Below, piece after piece: positions 8,993 to 18,944 of a stretch of DNA of 64,000 nucleotides (position 1 is its first letter; every line of letters begins with the position of its first letter). This DNA is from Hyphomicrobiales bacterium (GTDB lineage: Bacteria > Pseudomonadota > Alphaproteobacteria > SPJN01). Made by a program: the position numbers and the translations under genes. The stretch lies in assembly GCA_006844605.1 (NCBI GenBank), contig SPJN01000002.1:16337-80336 (forward strand), written 5' to 3'. The notes below the pieces were generated by a model. That model did no database searches. It was given only the letters and a program-made list of their open reading frames with translations, and was not told where the DNA came from.

Positions 8993-10771
8993 ATGACAAT
9001 TTACCGTGCCCCGGTTCGGGATATTGAATTTGTCTTGAATGAAGTGATTGGCTTCGACAAGTTGACCAACCTTCCCCGTTTTTCAGACGCCACACCTGAT
9101 TTGGTGCGGGCGATCCTTGAAGAGGGTGCAAAGCTTGCAGAAAATGAACTGCATCCTTTGAACTTCTCTGGTGACAAGGAAGGGTGTGTCCGTGACGATG
9201 ACGGCAATGTCACGCCGCCCAAGGGCTTTAAGGAAGCTTACAAAACCTATTCGGAAAATGGCTGGAACGCCCTTTCGGGTCCGGTTGAATATGGTGGGCA
9301 GGGTCTGCCCGGCACAATGGCGATGGCTTTCAATGAAATGACCATGGCGGCCAATATGGCCTTCAGCATGTATCCGGGGTTGAGCCACGCTGCCGCCGCG
9401 GCGATTGAAGCGCATGGCGATGATCGCCAAAAAAACCTGTTCCTGCCCAAAATGTTCTCTGGCGAATGGACCGGCACAATGAACCTGACAGAGCCGCATT
9501 GCGGTACTGATTTGGGTTTGCTACGGACCAAGGCAGAACCGCAGGCGGATGGCACCTACAAAATCACCGGGACCAAGATCTTTATTTCTGCCGGTGAACA
9601 TGACATGTCAGAAAACATCATTCATTTGGTGTTGGCACGTCTGCCCGATGCCCCTGAAGGGGTGAAGGGTATCTCGCTCTTTATCGTGCCGAAATTCGCT
9701 GTTGGTGAAGATGGCGCGGTTGGTGATCGTAACGCGGTTAAGTGTGGCTCCATCGAAGAAAAGATGGGCATCCACGCCAACTCAACCTGTGTCATGAATT
9801 ATGATGGCGCTGTGGGTGAGCTGATTGGCGAGCCGCACAAGGGCCTGCGCGCCATGTTCACCATGATGAACGAAGCGCGTATCGGCGTGGCCGTGCAGGG
9901 GCTTGGCCAGTCGGAAGTGGCCTATCAAAATGCCGCCGCCTACGCCAATGATCGGTTGCAGGGCCGTGCCCTGACCGGTCCGCAAGAAGCTGACAAACCT
10001 GCTGACCCGTTGATCGTGCATCCTGATGTGCGCCGTATGTTGATGGAACAGCGTGCCTTTAATGAAGGTGCCCGCGCCCTGATTTATCAGGCAACATTGT
10101 GGGCGGACTTGTCGATCCACCACCCTGATGAGGCTGAACGCGAACATGCCGACGATATGATGGCGCTTTTGACGCCTGTCCTTAAAGGGTATTTCACCGA
10201 TAAGGGCTTTGAAAATGCGGTCAGCGCGCAGCAGATTTTCGGCGGTCATGGCTTTATTCAGGAACATGGGATGGAGCAGTTCGTTCGCGATGCCCGTATC
10301 TCTATGATTTATGAAGGTGCCAATGGCGTGCAGGCGCTTGACCTTGTAGGCCGTAAGCTGGCGCTTAAGGGTGGGCAGGTCTTCATGGCCTATGTTGCCA
10401 AACTGCGTGAATCGATTGAGGCTGCAAAGGCCACAGACGGTCTGGCAGATATGGCCAATGCGCAGGCAGTTGCCGTGGATCGGTTTGAAGAAGGCTTCAA
10501 ATGGTTCATGGAAAATGCCCTGAATGATTTCAACCACGCCGGTGCCGGTTCAGTTGATTTCATGCATCTGATGGGTGTTGTTGCGCTGGGTGATATGTGG
10601 CTGCAAATGGCCATCGTGTCTGCTGCGAAGAAGGGTGAAACCTTCTATGACAACAAGCTGGCAATTGCCGCCTATTTCTTTGCCCGCGTGACACCGGAAA
10701 CCGGTGCGCGCCTTGCAAAGCTGCAAACCGGTGCCGAAACTGTGATGGCATTGCCTGCCGATCAGTTCTAA
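8993..10771 (+). CDS. acyl-CoA dehydrogenase, long (about 590 aa) form with extra C-terminal domain
   Basis: Family segments MTEPHCGTDL, IFGGHGFIQEHGMEQFVRDARISMIYEGANGVQ. Start trimmed to MTIYRAPVRD. Confidence 0.85.
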   Translation: MTIYRAPVRDIEFVLNEVIGFDKLTNLPRFSDATPDLVRAILEEGAKLAENELHPLNFSGDKEGCVRDDDGNVTPPKGFKEAYKTYSENGWNALSGPVEYGGQGLPGTMAMAFNEMTMAANMAFSMYPGLSHAAAAAIEAHGDDRQKNLFLPKMFSGEWTGTMNLTEPHCGTDLGLLRTKAEPQADGTYKITGTKIFISAGEHDMSENIIHLVLARLPDAPEGVKGISLFIVPKFAVGEDGAVGDRNAVKCGSIEEKMGIHANSTCVMNYDGAVGELIGEPHKGLRAMFTMMNEARIGVAVQGLGQSEVAYQNAAAYANDRLQGRALTGPQEADKPADPLIVHPDVRRMLMEQRAFNEGARALIYQATLWADLSIHHPDEAEREHADDMMALLTPVLKGYFTDKGFENAVSAQQIFGGHGFIQEHGMEQFVRDARISMIYEGANGVQALDLVGRKLALKGGQVFMAYVAKLRESIEAAKATDGLADMANAQAVAVDRFEEGFKWFMENALNDFNHAGAGSVDFMHLMGVVALGDMWLQMAIVSAAKKGETFYDNKLAIAAYFFARVTPETGARLAKLQTGAETVMALPADQF

Positions 10772-10809
10772 TCATCTGATTTCAGGTTACACTATTCCGA
10801 CTGACATTG

Positions 10810-10848
10810 CGGTCCGCTCCACTAGTATGGGGCGGACCGTTACTTTTA
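10810..10848 (+). terminator. hairpin plus U-rich tract after the acyl-CoA dehydrogenase
   Basis: CGGTCCGC (10810..10817) pairs with GCGGACCG (10832..10839) across a 14-nt loop, followed by TTACTTTTAT. Confidence 0.45.
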
Positions 10849-10860
10849 TGGAGACCTGAC

Positions 10861-11274
10861 ATGAGCGATGACATGCGCGACATGCTGCAAAAAATGGACA
10901 CGCCCTACGGCAAACTGCTCGACATCCAGTATGTTGAAGTGACGCCCGACCTAATCCGGGCTGAATTGACGATCCGGGAGGAGTTGGCAACTTCTGCCAC
11001 CCGCATGCATGGCGGCGTGATGATGGGCTTTGCCGATAATTTGGGGGCTGTGGCTACCTTTATCAATCTGCCCGAAGGCGCGGCGGGGACAACCACCCTT
11101 GAAAGCAAGACGAACTTTCTGGCGGCAGTACCTGTGGGCCAAAAGGCGATTGCAGAAACAACGCCGCTTCATAAGGGGCGCACCACACAGGTCTGGCAAA
11201 CTGTTATTTATAACGAGGCAGGCAAAAAAGCGGCCATCATCACCCAGACGCAACTGATCTTGATGCCCCAATAG
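10861..11274 (+). CDS. PaaI family hotdog-fold thioesterase
   Basis: TRMHGGVMMGFADNLGAVA matches the PaaI HGG motif. Start trimmed to MSDDMRDM. Confidence 0.75.
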   Translation: MSDDMRDMLQKMDTPYGKLLDIQYVEVTPDLIRAELTIREELATSATRMHGGVMMGFADNLGAVATFINLPEGAAGTTTLESKTNFLAAVPVGQKAIAETTPLHKGRTTQVWQTVIYNEAGKKAAIITQTQLILMPQ

Positions 11275-11283
11275 GCGTTGGGG

Positions 11284-12225
11284 TTAAACAGCGAACCCCG
11301 GCACAACTCTTTCTTCATAGGCGGCGCGCATTTCGGGCGGCATGGGCAATGATTTGCGCGCCTTCAAATCAAACGTCACGGCAATGGCTGCAGTGGCTGC
11401 CAACGGCTTGCCGTTCTGGTCGAAAATCCAATGACCATGAAGGAATGTTTTGTTCCCCACCTCAATAAAGCCTGAGCGTGTGATCGTCAGCTCCCCCGCT
11501 TCAGGGCGGCGGAAGTAAAACAGCCGGTATTCCAGCGCGGCACCGCCAACGCCGTCATTCAGCCGTGCGGCCCGGTCGATGTCGATCGTGGAGAGGAAGG
11601 CAGGGATGCCGTCAGAGATTGTGCCGATAAAATATTCAGGTCTGACCGCACCATCTGCTGCGATTTTGTCTGTGCCAACTTCCAACCGCGAAATCTCGGC
11701 CAGCCCCAATGCCTCAGCCTGTTGCCAATTGGGGATGACAGTGGGTTGGGGCAGGTTAATGCCACGTGGTGCGCCGTAATCAGGCAGCGCGCATTTATAT
11801 TGTTCTGCGGCAGCCAAGACATCCTTGGGGAAATTTGTGCGTTCGCCATGCAGGCCATGGGTCAACACATAATCACCGGTGAAGGTTGCCGAAACCGCGC
11901 CGCTGGTGGCGTGCAGAACCTCAGTATAGATGCGCAGGCAATCAGGCGCGATGGCGACAATGCCAGACCGGGCATTTATGGGCATTGCCAAATGGCTTTC
12001 CTTCAAGAACCGCACATGATGGTCAAGTGGCGCATGTATCAGGCCAAGGCGTTTGCGCCGATCGGGGCCCATGCCGATCATATTGAACAGATGGCCTGCG
12101 GCCTGCCCAGCCTTATGCACGTAATAGCGCACATTCATGTGCCCCATTTCGTCAATTTCAGATGGTGCAACGGTGCCGCGAAAGGTGATGGGCAATTGGT
12201 CGATGGAAAGCGCGGGGGTGCCCAT
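11284..12225 (-). CDS. thioesterase family protein, tandem (double) hotdog, 4HBT-like
   Basis: 313 aa. The N-terminal APSEIDEMGHMNVRYYVHK resembles the 4HBT/YbgC catalytic segment. Paralogue of the upstream gene. Confidence 0.6.
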   Translation of the reverse strand: MGTPALSIDQLPITFRGTVAPSEIDEMGHMNVRYYVHKAGQAAGHLFNMIGMGPDRRKRLGLIHAPLDHHVRFLKESHLAMPINARSGIVAIAPDCLRIYTEVLHATSGAVSATFTGDYVLTHGLHGERTNFPKDVLAAAEQYKCALPDYGAPRGINLPQPTVIPNWQQAEALGLAEISRLEVGTDKIAADGAVRPEYFIGTISDGIPAFLSTIDIDRAARLNDGVGGAALEYRLFYFRRPEAGELTITRSGFIEVGNKTFLHGHWIFDQNGKPLAATAAIAVTFDLKARKSLPMPPEMRAAYEERVVPGFAV

Positions 12226-13139
12226 TAGGAAATATCCTCAAACTTAAGTTTTTTGGCTTCGAATTTGGCCCGGTCTTCATTGGTCAGGGGGCAGGCCTTG
12301 CGCGCATTGGTGTCAAACATCACCGCCACAGTGTCAGCGCAGGTGATCGGCTTGCCCGTCACTGTGTCCAAAATCCATTGGGCTGAGGTCACGCTGGCGC
12401 TGCCGGCCTTCCAGAAGCCGCCATATATGGCAAAGGTTTGTCCCAGACGCGCATGGCTGTGATAGGTCATGTGAGTTTGAACGACCGCGCCGCCGACACC
12501 TGTTTCTTCAGGATTTTGTAACAAGCCCACATGCCGCCACATGATGGAGGCGCCATCTGAATAACAACCCATTGAATGGCGCGATTGCATCCGGCCAAAG
12601 GCATCAAGCTGATCTGCCTGTACAAGGTCACGGCAATTTTCGGTCATGCCCAGCTTGCGCGCCGTTTCCAAATTGCGCGGAATATGCGCCGGGGTGTGGC
12701 CCTGTGGGCGCGGCATGGCCTGCGGATCAGGGTCTTCAAGTAGTTGATTGGCCCGTTCGATCACTCCGGCGGGCAGGGGGCGGTCTGTATCTGACGTGGT
12801 GTCACGCATGACAATTTCCGACAGGCAGGACGCGGCCATTTCATCCTGATCAAGATTGATCATTTTGTGCAGAACGGTCAGATGATCATCCGCAACGCCG
12901 ATCACAGCACTGTCCACCATGAAGTTGACGGCAAGGCGCATTTCGCGCGCATAGACGATCTGATCTGTTCTGGCGGTCAATGCTGCGCCTTGATCGCGTG
13001 CCTCAATCAGGCCGTGGCCCAGCATGTCTGAGAGGTGCGCCAGCGCGCTTGAAAAGCTCGACACATAAAACTGCACATTCATATGGCCCATCTCGTCGAT
13101 GTTCCACGTATTCACAAAGCTGCGAAAGGTGGGCAGCAT
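12225..13139 (-). CDS. thioesterase family protein, tandem (double) hotdog, 4HBT-like
   Basis: 304 aa, with VNTWNIDEMGHMNVQFYVSS. Its stop shares one nucleotide with the next gene's start (TAATG at 12223..12227). Confidence 0.6.
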   Translation of the reverse strand: MLPTFRSFVNTWNIDEMGHMNVQFYVSSFSSALAHLSDMLGHGLIEARDQGAALTARTDQIVYAREMRLAVNFMVDSAVIGVADDHLTVLHKMINLDQDEMAASCLSEIVMRDTTSDTDRPLPAGVIERANQLLEDPDPQAMPRPQGHTPAHIPRNLETARKLGMTENCRDLVQADQLDAFGRMQSRHSMGCYSDGASIMWRHVGLLQNPEETGVGGAVVQTHMTYHSHARLGQTFAIYGGFWKAGSASVTSAQWILDTVTGKPITCADTVAVMFDTNARKACPLTNEDRAKFEAKKLKFEDIS

Positions 13140-13172
13140 AATAAATCCAAATCTTTGTCTGTTGTGGGTGGG

Positions 13173-13478
13173 TTAGCCGCGTGTATGCGGTTCGCCCTTA
13201 TAAAAATCGATGGCGAGGTCGAGCACTTCAATCGTGCCGACGGCATCGTTAAAGGCTGCCATATGCGCTGTTTGCCCGTGGGCGTCCAGTGCCTCGTCAC
13301 TTTCCCATTCTTCATATAATTTGAAGCTGCCGGGTGTGACCAAATCCTCATAGAAGCCATATTCTATATTGCCCGGCTCTTCCCTTGTGGCGGTCACCAA
13401 CGGTTCAATCAGGGCCAGTGCCTTTTCGCGGGAGCTTTCGGCGATTTTGATGCGTCCGGAAACGATGATGCGGGTCAT
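13173..13478 (-). CDS. antibiotic biosynthesis monooxygenase (ABM) family protein
   Basis: MTRIIVSGRIKI...EPGNIEYGFYED...FKLYEEWESDEALDAHGQTAHM is the typical ABM/quinol monooxygenase pattern. Start trimmed to avoid overlap with the MaoC gene. Confidence 0.7.
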   Translation of the reverse strand: MTRIIVSGRIKIAESSREKALALIEPLVTATREEPGNIEYGFYEDLVTPGSFKLYEEWESDEALDAHGQTAHMAAFNDAVGTIEVLDLAIDFYKGEPHTRG

Positions 13479-13564
13479 GGCGGGCCTCAATTTTGTGGGG
13501 GTGGGAAGTGCGGCGGTAAAAGCAGCCCACCCCGCACCGGGCGGGATAGGCTGCGTTGTGTGGT

Positions 13565-14422
13565 TTAGTCGGCGAATTCGCAACGGCCATTGTTCAGGAC
13601 CATGGCATCACGGTCCTTCAGGCGGGCACGGAAGGACAGCACATTGCCGTCACGCCATGTTTCGATGATGATCGTTTCGCCCGGAAATACGGGTGAAGAG
13701 AAACGCGCATCGAAGCTTTTCATTTTGGTGTTGTCGTAATCAAACTCATTCACAAGAATGCCACGGCAAACAGACCCATAGGTGCAAAGACCATGCAGGA
13801 TCGGTGCGGGGAACCCGGCGGCTGAAGCGAAGTCAGGGTCGCAATGCAGCGGATTGCGGTCACCGGACAGGCGATACAGCAGGGCCTGATCCTTCAGGGT
13901 TTCAACTTCAAAGCTGTTGTCGGGGTCGCGATCGGGGATCTGATGCGGTTCAGGCGCGCCATCTGACGGGCCACCAAAACCACCATCACCACGACAGAAC
14001 AGGGTCATGGCCTGTGTGAAATATTTGTCACCTGAATCGGCGTCTTCGCCTTCGCTCTCGATAACCAGCAGGGCACCTTTGTCTGCGCCTTTGTCATAGG
14101 CACCGGCGATACGGCTGTTCAGTTTTAGATTGGCAGCGGCGGGCATATGCTTGTGAATGGTCAAACGCTGTTCGCCATGCACCATCAGCATGAAATTGAT
14201 ACCCGTTTCGATCATGATGCCCAAACCTGCGGTGCCGACAACAGCGGGCAAGGTGGGAACAGTCTTCATGTCCTTTTCATAGGTGTAGGACAGTTCCTTG
14301 GCATCCAGCGGATCACGGCCAAAACCTACGCCAAGGGCATACAGGATAGATTCGCGGTCGGAATAGCTTGCCTCAATCCCTTCGGATTTCAGGGACATTA
14401 CTTTTTCGTAATCAATGGGCAT
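13565..14422 (-). CDS. MaoC-like (R)-specific enoyl-CoA hydratase, two-domain hotdog
   Basis: Hydratase-2 motif LSGDRNPLHCDPDFASAAGF and ILHGLCTYG. Confidence 0.8.
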   Translation of the reverse strand: MPIDYEKVMSLKSEGIEASYSDRESILYALGVGFGRDPLDAKELSYTYEKDMKTVPTLPAVVGTAGLGIMIETGINFMLMVHGEQRLTIHKHMPAAANLKLNSRIAGAYDKGADKGALLVIESEGEDADSGDKYFTQAMTLFCRGDGGFGGPSDGAPEPHQIPDRDPDNSFEVETLKDQALLYRLSGDRNPLHCDPDFASAAGFPAPILHGLCTYGSVCRGILVNEFDYDNTKMKSFDARFSSPVFPGETIIIETWRDGNVLSFRARLKDRDAMVLNNGRCEFAD

Positions 14423-14585
14423 GATGGTGGTCCTTCTTTGTCAGGGTCAGTTCGATTCTGTGCCCGTAACAAAGCCCATATTCAGCCATTTGTGAAGCCT
14501 TTGCGCGGCAAACACAGGCAAAATATGGCGACCTTTGATCAGTATATGCCGCTGACCTTGCGTCAAGGGAAGCCAGCGGTGGGGA

Positions 14586-16097
14586 TTAGTGCCCCGGTGC
14601 CTTTGTCGGCGCATCGGGATCGTCATGTTGGGCATGGCGATCAACGATGGTGGCGCTGGCCTCGTTCAGGCCGATCACGTCCACTTCAACCCCGTGACGA
14701 CGGAATTTCATGACAATATCATCCAGTGCGCCAACGCCTGAAATATCCCAGATATGGGCGCGGGAGACATCAATCGTGACTTTCGTGGCCTTTTGTTTGT
14801 AATCAAACGCATGTTTGAATGCATTGGCCGTGGCAAAGAAGATTTGCCCCGAAATGACATAGGTGCAGCTGGTATTGTTGGTCCAGTTGGTTTCCACATG
14901 CATCACGTCAGCGATTTTCCACGCAAAGAACAGGCCCGACAGCAGCACGCCAACCAAAACGCCCAGCGCCAAATTGTGGGTGGTCACAACGGTGATCACG
15001 GTGGCAACCATCACGGTTGACGACCGGCGCGGATTGTTCCGCAGGGCCAACAGTGATTCCCAATCAAACGTGCTGATGGATACAAAGATCATAATCGCAA
15101 CCAGGGCAGGCATGGGGATCATGCTGACCTGATCCCCCAGACCGACACACAGGATCAGCAAAAAGATCCCGGCGCAGAATGTGGATAGGCGGCCACGGCC
15201 CCCTGATTTCACATTGATCATGGATTGCCCGATCATGGCGCAACCGGCCATCCCGCCGATAAAGCCTGTGGCTGTATTGGCGATGCCCTGACCGACGCAT
15301 TCGCGGTTTTTGTCCGACGGGGTGTCGGTCATGTCATCAATGATTGATGCGGTCATCAGGGATTCAAGCAGGCCCACAGCAGCAACAGCGGCGGCATAGG
15401 GGAAGATGATTTTCAGGGTTTCCAGCGTCAGCGGCACATCAGGCAGCAAGAAGATAGGCAGCGTATCGGGCAGGGCGCCCATATCGCTAACGGTGCGGAC
15501 GTCCCAACCAAAACCCACAGTCAGCGCCGTCAGCACAAGAATGCAGACCAGCGGGCTGGGGATGGCGGTCGTTATTTTCGGGAACAGATAAATAATGGCA
15601 AGACCGGCGGCGACCAACACATAGGTTAGCTGCGGCACACCGATAAGTTCCGGCAATTGGGCCATAAAGATCAGGATAGCCAGCGCGTTCACAAACCCCG
15701 TCATGACGGAGCGGGAGACAAAGCGCATCACATTCCCCAGCCGCAATACCCCGGCACCGATTTGCAATATCCCGGCAAGAACCGTTGTCGCCAACAGATA
15801 TTCAAGACCGTAATCCTTGACCAGCGTCACCATCAACACCGCAGTTGCTGCGGTAGCGGCAGAGATCATACCCGGGCGCCCGCCGACAATGGCGGTCAAT
15901 ACGGCGATGGAGAATGAGGCATAGAGCCCAACCTTCGGATCGACACCGGCGATGATGGAAAAGGCGATGGCTTCGGGAATCAGCGCCAGCGCCACCACAA
16001 GACCGGACAGCACATCACCGCGGACATTGCCGAACCATTCTTCGCGCATATTTTGGGTAAAGGGGATCGTCAGCTTAGGGGACAATGCCAGCTCCAA
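14586..16097 (-). CDS. SulP family inorganic anion transporter with C-terminal STAS domain
   Basis: 503 aa, polytopic. [25 protein letters not shown] is the SulP signature region. The C-terminal 110 or so residues are soluble and STAS-like. Confidence 0.9.
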   Translation of the reverse strand: MELALSPKLTIPFTQNMREEWFGNVRGDVLSGLVVALALIPEAIAFSIIAGVDPKVGLYASFSIAVLTAIVGGRPGMISAATAATAVLMVTLVKDYGLEYLLATTVLAGILQIGAGVLRLGNVMRFVSRSVMTGFVNALAILIFMAQLPELIGVPQLTYVLVAAGLAIIYLFPKITTAIPSPLVCILVLTALTVGFGWDVRTVSDMGALPDTLPIFLLPDVPLTLETLKIIFPYAAAVAAVGLLESLMTASIIDDMTDTPSDKNRECVGQGIANTATGFIGGMAGCAMIGQSMINVKSGGRGRLSTFCAGIFLLILCVGLGDQVSMIPMPALVAIMIFVSISTFDWESLLALRNNPRRSSTVMVATVITVVTTHNLALGVLVGVLLSGLFFAWKIADVMHVETNWTNNTSCTYVISGQIFFATANAFKHAFDYKQKATKVTIDVSRAHIWDISGVGALDDIVMKFRRHGVEVDVIGLNEASATIVDRHAQHDDPDAPTKAPGH

Positions 16098-16295
16098 TAA
16101 GTTAAAATGCCTAGATTTGCGCCGGTTCCAGCCCGAAACTCACGCGCGCCAACAAAAATTCAATAGGGAATCCGCCAGCTTCGCCGTGATGGCGCTTGTT
16201 CTTTTCTATCCATGTAACGAGGCATGTTGCGCTGCACAAGGGGCGGCTTGGCACATGTGCGCATTAGCGCGGGCCGCAAAAGGCCGTTGGCTTGG

Positions 16296-16742
16296 TTAAC
16301 CGAAGGTCTTCCAGCGGCTGGAAACGGTCATCAACACGTCGCCGTTTTCATCGCGATAGGTGCCGATGATGGTCAGGCTATCGTCGTCCCGCGCGGTGAC
16401 ATGGGTTTCGCCAAACACCCAACTGTTTTCAGGCGGATGCTTTGATATTTCGGCACTTAGTCTGATTGTCGCGATGGGGGCGCCATCCCACGCCGCCCAA
16501 CCAAGGGTCGCATCGGCAAAGGTCATCAACGCGCCAGCGGTCGCCAGACGATCAGGGCCTGAAACATGGCGGTCATCAATATAATAACAGATGCGGGCAT
16601 CGCCGCTGCCGGCGACATCATCAGTGTGGCGATAAAACGGGGCAAGCTGGGCCTCAAACGGGTCCAGCACCTTTAGGTGCGCATAGCCGGCAGGTGGATT
16701 GTCCACCGGGGGGCGTGCGTCTTCTTGTGGTTCCCACGCCAT
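16296..16742 (-). CDS. hotdog-fold protein, divergent PaaI-like thioesterase
   Basis: [19 protein letters not shown] aligns with the PaaI core but lacks the HGG motif. Sits 6 nt downstream of a canonical PaaI gene. Confidence 0.55.
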   Translation of the reverse strand: MAWEPQEDARPPVDNPPAGYAHLKVLDPFEAQLAPFYRHTDDVAGSGDARICYYIDDRHVSGPDRLATAGALMTFADATLGWAAWDGAPIATIRLSAEISKHPPENSWVFGETHVTARDDDSLTIIGTYRDENGDVLMTVSSRWKTFG

Positions 16743-16748
16743 CGCCGC

Positions 16749-17156
16749 TTACTTGCCGACCAGCTTCCAGATGCCTGACGCGGTCATGACCGTGCGACCA
16801 CCTTGCGTCAGCTCACCCTTCACAAAAATGACAGAGCGGGTCTTGCGCGTAATTTCGGCCTTGCCCGCAATTTTTTCACCAACTTTACCGCCGGCAACAA
16901 AATCGCAGTTCAATGACATGGTTACGCAGGGCTGCTGATCCACAGCTTCCCAGACGATTTTGCCAAGCACATGGTCGGCAAAGCTCATCAACATGCCGCC
17001 ATGAACGGCACCGCCGCCATTCAGGTGGCGTTGTTCAGGTGTGAACCAAAAGTCCCATTCAGTATCACTGACCTGCGTTTGATAAAGCGGGCCGATAAAA
17101 TCGTTGAAGCCGTCATCATGTTCGACTTCGACTTCAGAAGAACTCTGCTCAGTCAT
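16749..17156 (-). CDS. PaaI family hotdog-fold thioesterase
   Basis: NGGGAVHGGMLMSFADHVLG is the canonical PaaI motif. Confidence 0.7.
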   Translation of the reverse strand: MTEQSSSEVEVEHDDGFNDFIGPLYQTQVSDTEWDFWFTPEQRHLNGGGAVHGGMLMSFADHVLGKIVWEAVDQQPCVTMSLNCDFVAGGKVGEKIAGKAEITRKTRSVIFVKGELTQGGRTVMTASGIWKLVGK

Positions 17157-17229
17157 TGGATATCCATTGGTTTGTTGGTTGGAATAGCATTGGGCGTGTC
17201 TAGCCTATTTGACGGGCTATGCCCATGCT

Positions 17230-17625
17230 CTATTCCAGCGCACCATCACCGATCATATAGCGAATGACGTCGATATAGTCGATTGCCAGCGAAATGCCGT
17301 TCGACAGCAATAGAATGCGGATATAGACACCATAGCCATAGCCGCCATAACCAGACGTGAACGGAATGGTAGGCAGACGTCGCCAGATATAGAACAGCAG
17401 CGGGGTCCAGAATATCACATGGCTAAGGCCCAGCAGGCGGACATAGCCGACCTCAGCAAACAGCCAGTTCATAAAGAACACATTGGCAAGCATGGCGATC
17501 ACCGCCCAGCGCGCCTCGACCTTCCAGATGATATAGGCGATGCCGATCATATTGATCAGCACAAGCCAATTCACCCAAACACCGACTATGCCGCCAGTTT
17601 GTGCAATATGGTCTGCCAATGTCAT
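17230..17625 (-). CDS. small integral membrane protein of unknown function (about 4 TM helices)
   Basis: 131 aa with four hydrophobic stretches and a YGGYGYGVY segment. I recognise no family. Confidence 0.5.
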   Translation of the reverse strand: MTLADHIAQTGGIVGVWVNWLVLINMIGIAYIIWKVEARWAVIAMLANVFFMNWLFAEVGYVRLLGLSHVIFWTPLLFYIWRRLPTIPFTSGYGGYGYGVYIRILLLSNGISLAIDYIDVIRYMIGDGALE

Positions 17626-17658
17626 GGGGCTACCCCTCCCTTGTTCTTACGGGAAAGA

Positions 17659-18864
17659 TTATAGCCCAAGAACCAGTTTGGCCATAATGTTGCGCTGCAC
17701 CTCGTTCGAGCCGCCATAGATCGATGACGCCCGGTTGTTGAGATATTCAGCAACCGCCACATTGGCATAGCCCGGCCCGGATGGGTCGATGTTTGAGCCC
17801 GGCTGCCTGTAGCCCGGCTCAAACGGTGCAACGTAATATTGCACAGCTTCGATGCCCAGCTCGTTAACCTGCTGCATCAATTCTGTCCCGGCGCATTTGA
17901 TCATTGAGGAGACCGCCCCAGGATTTTGGCCGCTGGATAGAGCAGACATGATGCGGAATTCTGAAACCTGCTGCGCCTCGATCTGCATTTCCAGTGCGGA
18001 AATCTTTTGCAGGAAATCGGGATTGTCGATCAGTGCGCCGCCGTCACCATCAGCCTCTGTTGTGGCCATGGTTTTGACTTCTTCAAGGATTGCACGGGCC
18101 CGCGGCGCCATGCCAGAACCGCCACGTTCAAATTCAAGCAATAGTTTGGCCACGGTCCAGCCGTCATTTTCCTGACCGATAACACCGGTTGCAGGTACGC
18201 GGGCATCATCGAAAAAGACCTGATTGACCTCATGATCACCGGCAAGTGTGATGATCGGTTCAACCTTAATGCCGGGTGTATCCATTTCCAGCAATAGGAA
18301 GGTAATGCCCTGCTGCGGCTTGCCGTCTGTGTTGGTGCGGACAAGGCAGAACATGCGATTGGCATAATGACCGTGCGTGGTCCAAATCTTGGTGCCGTTG
18401 ATCACATAGTCATCACCGTCACGAACTGCACGGCATTGTAGTGAGGCAAGGTCAGAGCCAGAGCCCGGCTCAGAATAGCCTTGGCACCAGTAATCTTCAC
18501 CGGCAAGAATACGGGGTAGGTAGAAGTCTTTTTGTTCCTGCGTGCCGAAATGCATGATGCAGGGGCCAACCATCGCCAGACCCATCGGTGACAGGTTGGG
18601 GGCGTTGCGCTTGGCACATTCTGATGACCAGATATAGCGTTGCATGACGGACCAACCGGTCCCGCCATATTCAACCGGCCATGACGGCGCGACCCACCCT
18701 TTTTTGTACAGAATCTTGTGCCATGTCAGGTTCAGTTCCTTTTCAGAAAACACACTGGCTGATTTGGCGCCATCGCGGCGAAGTTCAGGCGTTAACTCCG
18801 CATCAAGAAACTCGATGACTTCCTGACGGAAGGCTTCGTCCGCCGCGTTCAAACTCATATCCAT
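17659..18864 (-). CDS. acyl-CoA dehydrogenase family protein
   Basis: 401 aa with YSEPGSGSDLASLQ, GTKIWTTHGHYA and SIYGGSNEVQRNIMAKLVLGL. Paralogue of 22713..23921. Confidence 0.85.
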   Translation of the reverse strand: MDMSLNAADEAFRQEVIEFLDAELTPELRRDGAKSASVFSEKELNLTWHKILYKKGWVAPSWPVEYGGTGWSVMQRYIWSSECAKRNAPNLSPMGLAMVGPCIMHFGTQEQKDFYLPRILAGEDYWCQGYSEPGSGSDLASLQCRAVRDGDDYVINGTKIWTTHGHYANRMFCLVRTNTDGKPQQGITFLLLEMDTPGIKVEPIITLAGDHEVNQVFFDDARVPATGVIGQENDGWTVAKLLLEFERGGSGMAPRARAILEEVKTMATTEADGDGGALIDNPDFLQKISALEMQIEAQQVSEFRIMSALSSGQNPGAVSSMIKCAGTELMQQVNELGIEAVQYYVAPFEPGYRQPGSNIDPSGPGYANVAVAEYLNNRASSIYGGSNEVQRNIMAKLVLGL

Positions 18865-18944
18865 GACAGTAATCCTAGTTTTGAAAATTTCGATGGCCGG
18901 AGATTAGGCGCAGCGGCCCTATAGGATCAAGCTGATTCCAACGT

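Noticed and set aside
14447-14466. tRNA-like T-arm string (GGTCAGTTCGATTCTG)
   Set aside because: The flanking bases do not form a T-stem, acceptor stem or anticodon arm. I found no tRNA cloverleaf anywhere in the window.
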